A stretch of DNA of 64,000 bases from Negaprion brevirostris (GCA_030324005.1 JARDVH010000193.1:84994457-85058456), one strand, 5' to 3'. Shown: positions 13,850 through 27,499, counted from the first letter of the stretch. Notes: generated by a model from the letters alone, not told the origin. Program-made: numbers and translations.

Positions 13850-14780
13850 AAAACCGGAGTGATCCGGACGCAGTACCGAGTCCTGTCTGTCACACCTGGA
13901 ATGTTCACATCAATCTGTTCATTGACACTCTGTGGCCTCTCAGCACCTGACCCCCCCCCACAATCGTCCTTAAATTCCTCTGGCACTCCCCGTCACAACC
14001 CCTGCTTGCTGAGGCATGATGCCAACATATGCCACCTGTTACCTGCCAAACCCCACCCTTCCCAGCATACCAGCCATCAGGCATTCAATTATTCCCACAG
14101 GAGAAGATGGATCAAAGCAGAAAAGAGCAGGAGAAGGCAGGTGAGGGACTTCTCGAGTTGCACCTCCTAACCCACTGCGAGGAGTACACAATGGAGCTCT
14201 TAGGAAAGATATACAAGAGAGCTGTGAGTGCCTGTAAAGTCAGCGTGTACCACACAAGTTAAGATCCATAAATCCTTCATCACATGACCCATCTCAAGTA
14301 AGTTCCAATCTCCCTTGCACAGAACTGTGTCTCTTGTCTTGCAGAATCAACACTTGGTGAGGCTGGGCCCTCAGAAGTCAATGCCCCTCCTCCCCTTGAC
14401 CTCCGCCGGCATCTCAGTAGAAAGCTCAGAGGAAAGCACTGACCAGACAACACAGGCATCACCTGCACCGTTAACCAGCGCGGAGACACACACCTCGATG
14501 GGCGAAATTAGCAGAAAGTCTTCAGGGGTCACTTTCTGACTAGCACCACACAGCTATTGATGCACATCAGGTGGAGGTGGAACATCCGAGGAATCAGCAG
14601 GTGGAGGTCTGCTGGATCCCAGGAAATAGCTNNNNNNNNNNNNNNNNNNNNNNNNNNNNNNNNNNNNNNNNNNNNNNNNNNNNNNNNNNNNNGAGGGCTG
14701 GGAACTGCAGGAGGGGGCATCATCACATTCCAGCAACCGCAAGGCCACTTGGAGGAGTCCCACAGTCTTCAGGCAGACCA
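13850..14780 (+). pseudogene. Relic of a PIF/Harbinger transposon Myb/SANT-like DNA-binding gene, with intron remnants
   Basis: After the acceptor ttcccacag|14101 the frame reads EKMDQSRKEQEKAGEGLLELHLLTHCEEYTMELLG, which resembles the ..TGGG...LT..EE....G motif downstream of the Myb/SANT domain. A second acceptor tgtcttgcag|14345 precedes an S/T/P-rich segment. Confidence 0.55.
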
Positions 14781-14914
14781 AATATAATAGTGTGAGGTTA
14801 TTCATTTTGGTAATATTGGTATGCAGAATATTTTCAAAAAGGCGTGATACTTGTAAAATGTTGATTTTTAGAAGTGCTATGGTATACAAAGCATATAGAA
14901 AGTAATATGCTTTG

Positions 14915-15542
14915 TATACCAATTAGAAAGGCAAATAACATTGCAAGGGGACTAGATTACAAGTATAAGGAGGTTTTGCTCATTGTACAGGATTTGTTGA
15001 AGCCACACTTGGAGTCCAATGTGCAGTTTTGGTCTCCACATTTGAGGAAGGATATATATATCATTGGAGGCAATACAGTGAATGTTAAATCAACTGGTTC
15101 CTGAGACGATTGGATTTCCTACGGTGAGAGAAGAGTAAACTGGGCCTATATTCTCTGGATTTAGAAGAGTGAACTGTGATCTCATTGAAACATACAAGAT
15201 TCTGAAGGGGCTTGACAGAGTGGACACTGAGAGGCTGTTTCGTCTGACTGGGGAATCTGGAATCTGGAGTCACCATCTCAGGGTAAAGGACCATAATTTA
15301 AGACTGAAACCAAGAGAAATTTCTTCACTCAAAGAGTCGTGAAGTTGTCTACTCCGGAGGATTGTGGATACCCCATTGTTGAACACACTTAGGACTGAGA
15401 TAGATACATCTTTGGTATTTCAGGGCATGAAAAGATCTGAGGGAAGCAGGCAAAAAGCGGAGTTGATGTCAAAGATCAATTGTGATGGTATTGAATGGCT
15501 TGACAAATCTGCTCCTGCTTCTATTTCTTATGTTCTTATGAT
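14915..15542 (+). mobile_element. CR1 LINE 3' fragment
   Basis: ORF has ARGLDYKYKEVLL..KPHLESNVQFWSPHLRKDI and the tail is ..ctgcttctatttcttatgttcttatg. Confidence 0.9.
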
Positions 15543-17679
15543 TTCGCTTTTCTATCCTTATGTGGTCATTGAACTGTCAGCGCACTGTATCTAGGTTTGA
15601 GGGACCATGGTTCTGCTCACTTCCCTAGCCGTACCTGCTTGAGAGGGTAGGCTTTTCTTTGCTGTCTGGAGGTAACAGTTCCTCAGATCCTCTGGAAGGG
15701 CTTCCAGCAAAGACTGAAAGACCTGGTAAAGCCTACTGACAAAGGATATGGGGTTCTGACCTCTTACTACTGGCCCCACCCTCTGCATAGATCTATTTTG
15801 GTAAACTTCCACCTATTTTGTTTATACAAACAACATGGACACCCAAAACTGCTGTGTTAATGAAGCCTGTTACCTCCAGACGAGTACTTGTAGCTTGTGC
15901 AATGTTTCTTCCAGACACTGTTGCTGGAGGGACTGGTGAGCTGCCAGCCAAGCTGATTGGCCAGTGGCTATCCAAGGCGAGACTTCCTCCTAAATGAGGG
16001 GCAGAAGTTCTACTTTATAGCAATCAACACTTATTGAAGCTTAAAGTGGCAGCGGGTTTCTCAGAATTTGTGGGGATGTGTTCCCTGCTGGCTCTCCAGA
16101 TGGCGAAGGCCTAGCCCCTGCCATCCTAATGATTCAGGCCACGGTGAGTAGCAGTCATTCTCTCGATTATGTCAGAAGTGTGGCATTTTCTAACTGACAG
16201 TGGCACAATTTGGTGTTTGTAATCTGTAAGAAGTATTTTGAATAATAGAATGGGAAAAGATGCCCAGAAATGCTCCATGGTGTTTAGATACTTCAAGTTA
16301 TCTAGATCTGTTTTCAAATACAGTTTTGCATGTGTTTAGTACATCTCAAGCACCACAATCTTGTATCACACCTAAATGTGTAAAGCTTGTGTCAGATTTA
16401 CAGTTGATTGGCTAGTACGTCACATTTACAAAACAGCATATCTGGAACATAATGATGGTGCAGTAGCAAACAGGAATGAAAAATACCAATTAAGAACAGA
16501 CAGTCAATAATTAACCACTAATAATTTACCTAGCAAGCAGCCAAAGGTGAACCAATAGAATTATTCAAAATACTTCCTATAAATTAGGATTCCCAGATTG
16601 TTCCACTGACAATTAGAAATCATCATCCTTCTCAGTTAATCAAACACGGGTACATTTTGAAGTTGGGAGCATACAAAACAGGAAGACTTTTCAGATTCAC
16701 AGCAAGGTGACAGTTCAGTGTGTTTCAGAACCAGTTGTTTATAAGTCCGATTGGATCATATAAGGTAATGGAAAAGGTTTGAGATCTGACCATTCAAAAT
16801 GCCAAGAAGCCGTTATTCGGTCTAAGGTAATTGTGATCTTCCTCAGGTGTGGGCAGCTTTTATCAAAATCATCTTCATTACGACCACCTCAAAAAAACCT
16901 ATTCATGACCTTTCTACCTGGTAAACAATCACACCACCTTCAATCTCCCTTTCCTTTCCAAAGTCCTCAAACATGTTGCCGCCCACTTTTCCCTCAGATT
17001 TCTAAAATACCAAAATCAAAAAATGAAATTTTCTGTGACAATGGTGCAGAATGTGCAAAATTCATTAATTTCATTTTGCAAGTAATGTGACATGGTTTAA
17101 TTGAAGGTGGTGTGATTGTTTAAAATGGATTTGGAATATATGTTTTGTGTTGGCTTTTAATTTCGTATTGGAGCCAAGAGGACACAGTGTCAGTGACAGA
17201 GGAACAGAAGGGATATTGGATTGTTAGCGAATAGAGACTTGGAGTTGCAGTTACTGATACTGCGTTTGAATTAATTCTTCATGTACAACCCAACCAGAAA
17301 GGGGATGGCTTGGTTGCAGCTTTTTTCCTGTTTCTCCCTCTTCTCATCTGGTAGGGATGGCACAGACTACGTCTGCAGAATGGTGTTTATGCAACACACA
17401 GCACACCATCACAAATCTTAAGACCAGCTCAGCCTGGTTTTGCAAGACTCCTCCAGAGTGGTCTAGGCAGTGAAAATGTTTTCACAGCATGCGTATTTCT
17501 TGTGACAGCATGGCTTTCATTGTATGTTTGCTGTGCATGTGTGTAAGGATTGCAAACCAGAGTGATGAACCATGTGGTAAATGAATAGCCCCTGTCATCC
17601 AGTAGCCATCCTTTGATTTGCTGTGGTGGCCAAAATGCAGCTCATACAGTGTCTGTCTTAAAATGTATCCACCATGATT

Positions 17680-17990
17680 TGGGGTGGCACAGTGGTTAGC
17701 ACTGCTGCCTCATAGTGCTAGGAACACAGGTTCAATTCCAACCTTGGGTCACTATGTGGAGTTTGCACATTCTATCTGTGTCTGAATGGATTTCCTCCAC
17801 TGTTCCAGTTTCCTTCCACACTCCAAAGATGTGCGGGTTAAGTTGATTGGCCATACTAAATTGACCCTAGTGTCAGGAGGTTAGCACAGTAAGTATGTGG
17901 GATTATGGGAGTAGGGCCTGGGTGGGATTGTAGTTGGTGCAGACTCGATGGACCGAGTTGCCTCTTTCTGCACTGTAGGGATTCTGTGAT
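17680..17990 (+). mobile_element. HE1-like SINE
   Basis: gtggcacagtggttagcactgctgcc head and ..ctgcactgtagggattctgtga tail. Confidence 0.9.
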
Positions 17991-20900
17991 GACTACTTCA
18001 TTGTCTTTGGTCAAACAAAAGCTGTATGTTAAAGGAGTGGAATCCTTTTTGGGTCTGTTGAAGAGCAGGTTGGTATGCAGTGCTGCTCACAAAGCAATGT
18101 GTGTGCCATCATCCTGCACCATGGGGAATTTGGCCAACCTTGCAAACTCCTGTGCTCAGCTCAACCTGCTTATCTCTGGCAAGAAGAAATTAAGCAATTC
18201 TTCTTTGAATAGACAGCCTCAGTGATGTTTCGTTTGCAATTCTTTTGCAAGCTGCAAGATGTTACCAATATTTCCAGCAGCATCCTTGAAAGGAACTGGG
18301 TGCCTAAAAGTGCATACTTGTGGTCACTGTCTGTTCATTCTCCCAGGTATACTCAATTCCCAGAGAATGGTCTTCTGGTACACCCATGTCCGTGAGCAGC
18401 TGGTTTGACCAGAAGCTTTGAGGTCAACAAAAAATCCTTACGATCCTGCCACACCATTCCCAGTAAACTTGTACAACCCAAACAACCATGGGCAAGATCA
18501 AGGACATCTAGACCTGGATTTTCTTCATAGTGCTGAAACTCAGCCATTCACCCCGAACTGCCCCAAAAAGTCCATCCTTAACTTGTTCTTAGCTGCAACT
18601 AAAACATCCTTTCACTNNNNNNNNNNNNNNNAGCATTGAGATAAGCAGGGATGGCTTACAACATAGCCTACTGTCAGTGAATCATTTTTCATCATGAACA
18701 GAAGCCCTTTAAGTTAATCTTCAGATCAAAGGATTTTTTTTTAATGATTTATTTGTATTTTTAAACAGTTATGACATGATTCAAAACTGTTATAATTTTT
18801 AGGAGTATTTAAATGTTTATAACAGTTTTTAAAAGCATGTCAAGGTCTGAACCTTGGAGATTAATACCATCAGGCTCACCTTGTGCTGAGACATCCACCG
18901 CTCCTCTCCCCCCCAACTCCTCCTCCCTACCTTTTTCTACTCCAACTTAACTCCCTTTGCTCCTCAGTCTCACCGATGTCTGAAGTAGCACTTGATGGAG
19001 GGGAGAAAGGTTTCAACAGCCCTAATATTTTGCATGGATAATGGCTCTCCTGATCAGATCATAGTTTGCTGCCTGTTGCGCAAACTTGCAAATTGGCCAA
19101 AGGCCACCAGTTTCAGTCTGAATAGTGCCCAGTCTACCTCAAGTTACTCTGGCCAAATAAAGTATCTCAAAAATTTGAGTAACAGGTTAATCAAGCGATT
19201 TCACACTACTACTATGCAGTGGCCACATGAGTGGTATTTTCCACTAACAGGATTCTGCTATGAGTCCATAAAGATATTTTATCCACCACAAAATTGAGTA
19301 ATTGGCCAGCAAGATTTTCAAATTAATGGTCCCCGCTGCTTTAAGAATAGAAACTGTGAGACCACCAGCCTGAGCTCCTCCAGAGTGTATTGAGGAGTAT
19401 GGCAACTTCTGGATTTCAGCAGAAGTGAGCCTGCCAGAAATTGTGATCGTGTTTCCCTGTTCATTAGCTGTGAACTTCTCAGTACTTGCTACTATTATAA
19501 AAGAAAAACGTGGGCTGGAGGTAGAATTGTGGAAACAGCCAGAAGAAATTATTCAGTGATTAACCTGTGGCTTGTTACTGATTCTTTTAAATACTTTTTA
19601 TATGTGTGGAAGGCTGTGGGGTGGGGGAGGAGGTGTTCCGTTACTTAGTGGATGTTCAGCTGTGCATGTTCGAGAATGCAGCTGGAGCTGTGAGCTCTAC
19701 AGAGACAACATAAGGCCTTTATTAAGATTGCATCTCATGTGTTTCAAGTTAGAATTTATGTTATGGGCTCCATTTTTGATCCTGAATGCCACTCATAGCA
19801 CCAAAACATATGGATGCTATTGAGCCCAATTCTCACACAAAATCATGCATTTAAGTTATGAACATATAAAGAAAAGTAAATATTGTAAGGATATATAAAT
19901 GTTTACCCCATGTACTAGCCAATGCAACCTTATACACTATTCTACCAAGTTAGGAGTCGTACTAAATCTTAGATAAACAAAGAAAAAGCCTGTGCCAATT
20001 TCAGAGGGGAAAACTGCAGAAAATTCATCCACATTTCATAAAGTAAGTAAAAGCTTCAGGGTACTACATCGCCTGTGACACAGCATTGAACAAACATTTT
20101 GAACCCTCATATCTCTCTTATGTCACCATTACTCTTTGAAAAAGAACATAGCTCAGTGTCTGATTTCCTTCATTTTTCTCCTCAATTCGCCTGCTGTTTC
20201 TGGGCCATATAGTATCTACAGTGGAGAGTTGGATGCCTGTGAAGAGCTTCGAACTCTTCAGCTGATTGCTTAGAGATGCATAGGAATACAAGAAATAGGA
20301 TCAGGAATGAGCCATCCAACCCATCAAGCCTGCTCCACTTAAGTAGGTTAAATCTCTGTGTAATTTTCTCCAAATCAAAAATTCAACCTCCATTGCCATG
20401 ACAACCCAATGTAATCTTAAAAGAGAATGCAGCCAGATTTTTGAAGTCCAAAATGGCAGTGTTAGTGCCAAATCAGTTTTGGACGCTGATTGACATTATG
20501 ATATGCCTGCTGTAGATATTTCCTGCAGACATTAACTGCATGAGCCTTTACCACGATTGTATCACACATATTTCATACCAGAAGTGTGCATGCATGCCAC
20601 CGACGTGTACCTTGCATTTGTGTGAGTAATGTGCAGTGGTGTTATGTACTGAAAAGATTAATGCTGTTTTTTTTAACTGCTGCAACATTGCTGATTATTG
20701 TGTTGGTAAGTTGAAGACAAAAACAAGATTCTTGAAAGCCTTTAATACTCAGTGTGTGATAGGTGGCGTGCATTCCAAATGAAAACATGTTACTGCACAG
20801 AGAGCCAAGAACAGAGAAAGGGTGACAGTTAATTAAAGAACAATTCTATATTACAATTTCAGGCAGATAAAGAACTTCGGCCCATCTTTCCTCAGTATTT

Positions 20901-21525
20901 CCTAGGTGCCTTTAACCTCTGAATCATGTTTGTTTATAAGAACTTATTTAGTTCCTTCTTGAAACCATTGCTTGCAATCTGTTCCACATACTTACCACCT
21001 TTTTTCACTATTTTTTTCCATTGTCCTTACTCTTGAATATGGCCTCTTGTATTCAAGTTCTGTACATGGCAGAAAAATTCACTGATCCTGTTTATTCAAA
21101 TCACTCTTCATTTGAAATGTTTTTACCTGACCAGTCATTGGCCTCCTCTTTTCAAGAGAGCATTATGGACAGGGGAGGAGTGACAAACTGAAACCCTAAC
21201 TCCTTTCCTTTATCTTTCATTATCAATGAGGTTTTAGGAAAGGGAGGTGTGTGCGCATCTCTTAGACCCCTTGGATATGTAGTCAACTTGAAGAACAGCA
21301 GCAAGCTTTTGGCAGTTCAAATAGAGAGGACTATTTATTCATGCATTCACCCTGAACTTCTAAAAGCCACATCAGTTATTCAACACACGCACACACACAC
21401 TCTCTCTCTTCAGAAAAATGCAAGTCAAAAAAACTATAGTTCAAGAGCTATATGAATGCAGAATCCATAATTAACGTGATGACTAGGAAATGCCTTCACA
21501 GAACGTAAACAAGAGAAAAGACCCA

Positions 21526-21651
21526 GGGTGGAATTTTCCCATCCACCCGCCACTGGAGTTGTAGCAGGCAGGGGTGGACCATGCAAAGGTTCATCTATCT
21601 TGGGTGGGATTTTCAGGTCTTGGGGCGAGCACACTTATAAAATTCCGTCCC
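21526..21651. mobile_element. ~125-bp MITE
   Basis: TIRs gggtggaatttt ... aaaattccgtccc. It is an inverted relative of the element at 34184-34303. Confidence 0.7.
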
Positions 21652-22865
21652 CAGTGCAGTCAATCTTTCATCATTGAGAAAATCCAGGATAAATCATGTA
21701 GCCGTTCTCTGTGTGTTCTCCAAGAATTTAATATATAATGAAATGAGGAAACAATATAGAATACAGTACTCCATGTGTGGTCACATTGGGAAGAAATACA
21801 GTTTTAGAAGGATCACTCTTTGGATTTATATGATACAATTTTGCCATGTATCCCAACATTATGTTCGCTATTTTTAACAGCTTCAGAGCATTACGTCAAG
21901 GACATTACAGGCTTATCCACTAAAACCCCAAGGTGGCTGTCCAATGCTGATATTTTGAATTGATTCCAAATAAATCATCTCACTACTAAATCTCATAACC
22001 TTACATTTCCCTATACTAAGCTGCCATCACTTTGTCTACTTATCAAGCTTGAGAAGCCTTTTTGAGTTTGTGCACATTGATATTTATCATTTGCCACTGC
22101 TCCCAATTTAGTATCATCTGCAACTGTTAACAATTTTGACATGCTTCCTTCAGGGTCCTATAAAATCCCAAACCATGAGGACTAGAAATGAAATACACGT
22201 GTGAAATATGAAACAGAGGAAATATCAAACAGGATCAGGAATGTGTATGGTCATGACTTTTATAAATAGTGTGTCATACCACCTGGAAATTATATCAGCT
22301 TTGACATTGAGTTTCAGGGTGAAGTTCCAGTTTGCTGCTGCCTGCACTGAGGAAGTTACCAAATTTGTGAACAACTGCTTCAGTTCAATTTTCAAAGGGC
22401 AGTCCATAGAATCCTGAATGCCTTAATCTAAAGCTGACTCTTTGGTTTCACTAAAGTGGTATGCTGGGTGCTGAGAGATCCTATAACCAACAGATCTGAG
22501 TGTGAATTTTACCTCTTGTATTGGAAGCACCAAGTGGGAAAATTCCCACCTCTGCAACTCCAACATCTGAAAAATTGCCCCAAATGTTCATATTTTGGTT
22601 CCAGGGAATGAGTGTTAATGGGAGTCAGGTCCACTGCCCTAGAAACACTGGAGAGGAGCCACAGAAGCTGCTGGATGCAGGGGCAGCTTGTGTGAAAGGC
22701 CCACTATGGTGTTCTCAGGAAAAAAATAATCATATCCCTACCCTTCCCAAATCTTTTGCCCTTACATCCTCAATTCCAACTCACAGTGTCCACCAGTCCT
22801 CATGGACAGCCCTCAGGACTTAATCCATTATAAAACAAACAGTACCTTCAAGTACTTAATCCATT

Positions 22866-22938
22866 GTGTGAGTGTGTGTGTGTGCATTTGTCTTTATATG
22901 TCTGACAATGTGTGTGTGACAGAGAGAGAGAGAGAGAC
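22866..22938. repeat. (TG)n / (GA)n microsatellite
   Basis: gtgtgtgtgtgtg and agagagagagagagag tracts are directly visible. Confidence 0.85.
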
Positions 22939-23109
22939 AAGGCATATATGTTTGTGAGTGTGGTCATGAAACCAATTTCACCAACAAAACAGGGCCTATA
23001 CAATCAGGGGAGGCAAGAAACCTGGCATATTTCTCATTTCTTGCCTCTTGCCTGACCTTACCAACTTGCCTCGTCAAAAGGCAGGTGGATGAGGTCGTCA
23101 GATCCCGTC

Positions 23110-23800
23110 CATTAGAAGATCTACCAGGTTGCAGCATTGGTGGGTTGAATGTCAACAATTTGAGAGACGCAAAAGACATTGTGCTGATTGTAGAGTCAAG
23201 AGAGACACTGCAGGAAATTGTAAACTGAAAAGGAGGAGTGTGGATTATGGTTTTAAAAATGAATGTGAAGAATTCTATAAATCTATAAAGACAGTGGTAA
23301 TAAGCAGGGACCTAACTCAGAGAGTTGAAACTGAAGTAAATGGACAAGTCCTGGAAGAAGCAAAAAGATTCACAAAGCTTGGGCAGTTTATACAGATAAC
23401 GGGAGCTGTGATTATGAGATCCAAAAGATTGGCTTTGTCAGAATGAAGGACCTATTGACGTCAAAGAAACTGAATTTGAATCTTAGAAAACAATGCTGAA
23501 ATGCTACATTTTGTCATCTATGTGATACGCCTCAGAGACATGTACATCAAACAAAAGAGGCTACTGATAAGCTGACTGAAGCCAAGATGTGGACATTTAG
23601 GAGGGTGTCCTGTATGTCCTACACAGGTAGGCAGACTTCTGAGGAAGTGCTGGAAATGGCTGAGAAAAGAGAAAATTAGTGCATAGCATCAAAGAGAAAG
23701 ATAAAATATATTGGTCACATCATTGGAGCAGACAATTGTAAGAAAAGGCTGATGGAAAAAGTAGGAGAAAATGGATTATTGATAAAATGGACTTTATGCA
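23110..23800 (+). mobile_element. RTE-clade (BovB-like) LINE reverse transcriptase fragment, decayed
   Basis: Translates IGGLNVNNLR(DAKD)IVLIVESRETLQEIVN, matching the RTE pattern NINNLRYADD..L.AES...L. It continues VNGQVLEEAKRFTKLG and later KY.GHI-like sequence. Confidence 0.75.
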
Positions 23801-25552
23801 GTTGACTTATGTGGAATGTGTAAGGACAGACAGAGATGGAAATCCACAGCAAACAACTATCTGGGAAGAAGATACTGACCCGGCCAGTGTCTTCTTTCTC
23901 AGAGGTGTGCTTCTCCACTGGGCCTTCATCCTCAGACACCATTGATTAGTCTTTAGTACCTGGAAACATAAATGTAAGAGGGGGAGAATTGGGGCAGTAA
24001 ATGGGGAAAGTGTGTAAAGCTGGTGTTTCATGGGCACACTCTCTGCAGCTTGTGCTTCATTCCAGAATATGAGACAAGATTATTGGAATTTTGGATGGTG
24101 AGAAAGGAACATACTGTCATCATGGATTGCTTGAGCAATGCCTGTTGTCACAACCATAGTGATAGCCACATCACTAATACAGTGNNNNNNNNNNNNNNNN
24201 NNNNNNNNNNNNNNNNNNNNNNNNNNNNNNNNNNNNNNNNNNNNNNNNNNNNNNNNNNNNNNNNNNNNNNNNNNNNNNNNNNNNNNNNNNNNNNNNNNNN
24301 NNNNNNNNNNNNNNNNNNNNNNNNNNNNNNNNNNNNNNNNNNNNNNNNNNNNNNNNNNNNNNNNNNNNNNNNNNNNNNNNNNNNNNNNNNNNNNNNNNNN
24401 NNNNNNNNNNNNNNNNNNNNNNNNNNNNNNNNNNNNNNNNNNNNNNNNNNNNNNNNNNNNNNNNNNNNNNNNNNNNNNNNNNNNNNNNNNNNNNNNNNNN
24501 NNNNNNNNNNNNNNNNNNNNNNNNNNNNNNNNNNNNNNNNNNNNNNNNNNNNNNNNNNNNNNNNNNNNNNNNNNNNNNNNNNNNNNNNNNNNNNNNNNNN
24601 NNNNNNNNNNNNNNNNNNNNNNNNNNNNNNNNNNNNNNNNNNNNNNNNNNNNNNNNNNNNNNNNNNNNNNNNNNNNNNNNNNNNNNNNNNNNNNNNNNNN
24701 NNNNNNNNNNNNNNNNNNNNNNNNNNNNNNNNNNNNNNNNNNNNNNNNNNNNNNNNNNNNNNNNNNNNNNNNNNNNNNNNNNNNNNNNNNNNNNNNNNNN
24801 NNNNNNNNNNNNNNNNNNNNNNNNNNNNNNNNNNNNNNNNNNNNNNNNNNNNNNNNNNNNNNNNNNNNNNNNNNNNNNNNNNNNNNNNNNNNNNNNNNNN
24901 NNNNNNNNNNNNNNNNNNNNNNNNAGTGTTAATGTAAGCCTTACTTGTGACTAATAAATAAACTTTAACTCTGATCTACTTCTCCATCACACTGGTGTCC
25001 AATGCAGAGACTTCTCTTCCATTGGCTTCCAGCACCTGCAGACAGAATAAACTTACTCCCTTTTAAGAGGTACAGAATAGCTTTAAATAGTGCTAGCCTT
25101 GCACAGATATGGGCCACCTGCTGAGAATGCAACCACTCAGCAGCATGTTTAGCACTGGGATGCAGACCACAATCATGGAAAAGAAGCATGAAGTTTGCAT
25201 GCTGCCTGCATCATTTCCACTTGAGAGAATCAAACCTCATGATCCCCATATCTATTAACAGGCAGATTTAGTCCGTTGTTCATTGACAATCAACTTGTTT
25301 AATTAATCAAAGTCACATTATTTTGAAAGTAGAGATTTAGTTAAATAGTCTGTGTTTGAAACAATTTCTGAGGCATAATGATTTTCATACTGAAGTTAAT
25401 ACAGAAATGGTGATCCATGAACAGAACATTTGTTCCAGCCGTATGTCAAATAAGTACAGGGACAAACATGTCTCAATAATAATGCCCCTCAGATTTGATT
25501 CCAGTATCAACACCAAAGCTAAAGTTGTTTGGACTGAGGACCACAAATTTTG

Positions 25553-25845
25553 AAGAACATAGAACATTACAGCGCAGTATAGGCCCTTCGGCCCTCGATT
25601 TTGCGCCGACCAGTGGAACCAATCTAATGACCCTCNNNNNNNNNNNNNNNNNNNNNNNNNNNNNNNNNNNNNNNNNNNNNNNNNNNNNNNNNNNNNNNNN
25701 NNNNNNNNNNNNNNNNNNNNNNNNNNNNNNNNNNNGTCCTATAATTACCACCCCTTAATTTGAAGCTATGTCCCCTTGTGTTAGCCATCACCATCCGAGG
25801 TAAAAGGCTCTCGCTGTCCAGCCTATCCAATCCTTGGATCATCTT
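25553..25845 (-). mobile_element. CR1 LINE 3' fragment spanning an N gap
   Basis: gaacatagaaca..ggcccttcggccc tail and ORF IQGLDRLDSESLLPRMVMANTRGHSFKL. Confidence 0.85.
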
Positions 25846-26494
25846 GTGGGATAGATTTTAAGGGGAGTTAAATTATTCACATCCCTGATGGAAATGTCCG
25901 AGAGCAGTGTACCAAACAGAAATACAGCTGCCCCACAATGATAATGCAGCTGCCTTAAATGATGCAGAGTGGGACTTCTGGCCCCATCTGGAAAGAGGTC
26001 TTCTGAGAGAGAACTGCCAAACAATCTGACCAACAGCTCTGTAGTTCCAGAATCAAGTGGTGGTCACTGCTAGGACTAGAAATAATGCTTAGACAAGAAG
26101 TGTCTCAAATGCTGGACTGCAGTTAAGTCTGGGGATTTTGGGTGGGCCTTCCTGGCCTGGAGAGGGGTGAGGGGAGACTTGGAGGAACGGTTAAATGAGG
26201 GTACAATCTTTAAGAAGGAGTGGCGCTTCTGATGAGCACAGGGGAACCCTTCCCCCAAAAGAATCCCTCCTTTCTTACCTGCCAGCAGCCTAGGCAGTGA
26301 AAGGTGCTATGCTGCCTGCCTTGCTTCCGCCTCATGCTGCCATTCCTGTTATTGTGGCAAAGCTGGAACTATGCCCTTAGGCAGGTTTTTATTTATTGCT
26401 TGAGGGTGTCAGTAGTTCAAACACAGACAAGCTGTCTGTGCTTTACCCATCCAGTGTAATATGGGAGACAGTTCAGAGGTGGACACGAAGGAGT

Positions 26495-27126
26495 CACAGG
26501 TGGACAGATTGATGAAGAAGACATCTGGCATTCTTGGTTTCATTGGTCAGAACACTGAATAAGGGAGTTGGAATGTCTTGTTGAAGTTGTACAAGACATT
26601 AGTAAGGCAACACAGAAAGGATACTATTAATCTAGAAAGAGTGCAGAAAAGATTTAATAGGATGCTACCAGGACTTGATGGTTTGAGTTATAAGGAGAGG
26701 CTGAATAGGCTGGGACCTTTTTTCCCTGGAATGTCGGAAGCTTAGAGGTGATCTTATAGAGGTCTATAAAATAATGAGGGGCATAATAAGGTAGATAGTC
26801 AACAATTTTTCCCAAAGGTAGGGGAATCTGAAACCAGAGGACACAGGTTTAAGGTGAGAGGGGAGAGATAAAAAAAAGTTCAGAGGGTCAATTTTTTCAC
26901 TCAGAGGGTGGTGAGTGTCTGGAATGAGCTGCCAGAGGCAGTTGTAGAGGTGGGTACAATTTTGTTTTTTAAACAGCATTTGGACAGTTACATGGGTAAA
27001 ATGGGTATAGAGGGATATGGGCCAAACACTGGCAATTGGGACTAGCTTTGTGGTTAAAAACTAGACAGTGTGGACAAGTTGGGCCGAAGAACCTGTTTAC
27101 ATGCTCTAAACCTCTAAGACTCTATG
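26495..27126 (+). mobile_element. CR1 (HER1-like) LINE 3' fragment
   Basis: gaaagagtgcagaaaagattt..agaggtgatcttataga..accagaggacacaggtttaag, with tail gggccgaag..ctctatga. Confidence 0.9.
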
Positions 27127-27499
27127 AGGGAGGCAGGCAGGCCATCCATTTTATTTTAGCAGCTTCCCCTTCAAATAGGCCAGTGTTGTTTGGTATAAAA
27201 TTCACTCCCTGGAGTTTATTCTTCACATGAACAAATTTCCCAATCCCATGCTGACCACTCTGTTTCCCTGTTCTTTTAATCCCTGTTTTTTAATCACTTT
27301 TCTATCCAATTCTTAAATCTTCACATGGTTTCTGCTTTAATCACCAGTCTTGGCAGTGAATTCCATACCATCACAGTCTTCTGTTAAAATGTTTCTCCTG
27401 CTTTTTGTCCTGCAACTCTTACATTTGATTTTATCAATCATTCAATAGACTCTGTTTTTACCTATTCGGCCACATTCCTTCATCATAGTTAACACCTTA

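Noticed and set aside
17680-17750. tRNA-like sequences with A and B boxes (many copies)
   Set aside because: They are SINE heads that continue into SINE body and tail, not standalone tRNA genes.
24023-24937. Long ORFs of 160-304 aa (also at 38256, 50490 and 59471)
   Set aside because: They consist mostly of X residues read through N gaps.
25115-25150. ctgagaatgcaaccactcagcagc resembling the PDZ3 motif LRNATHEQAA
   Set aside because: The frame does not hold and there are no suitable splice sites. The PDZ3 exon is probably upstream of the window or hidden in a gap.
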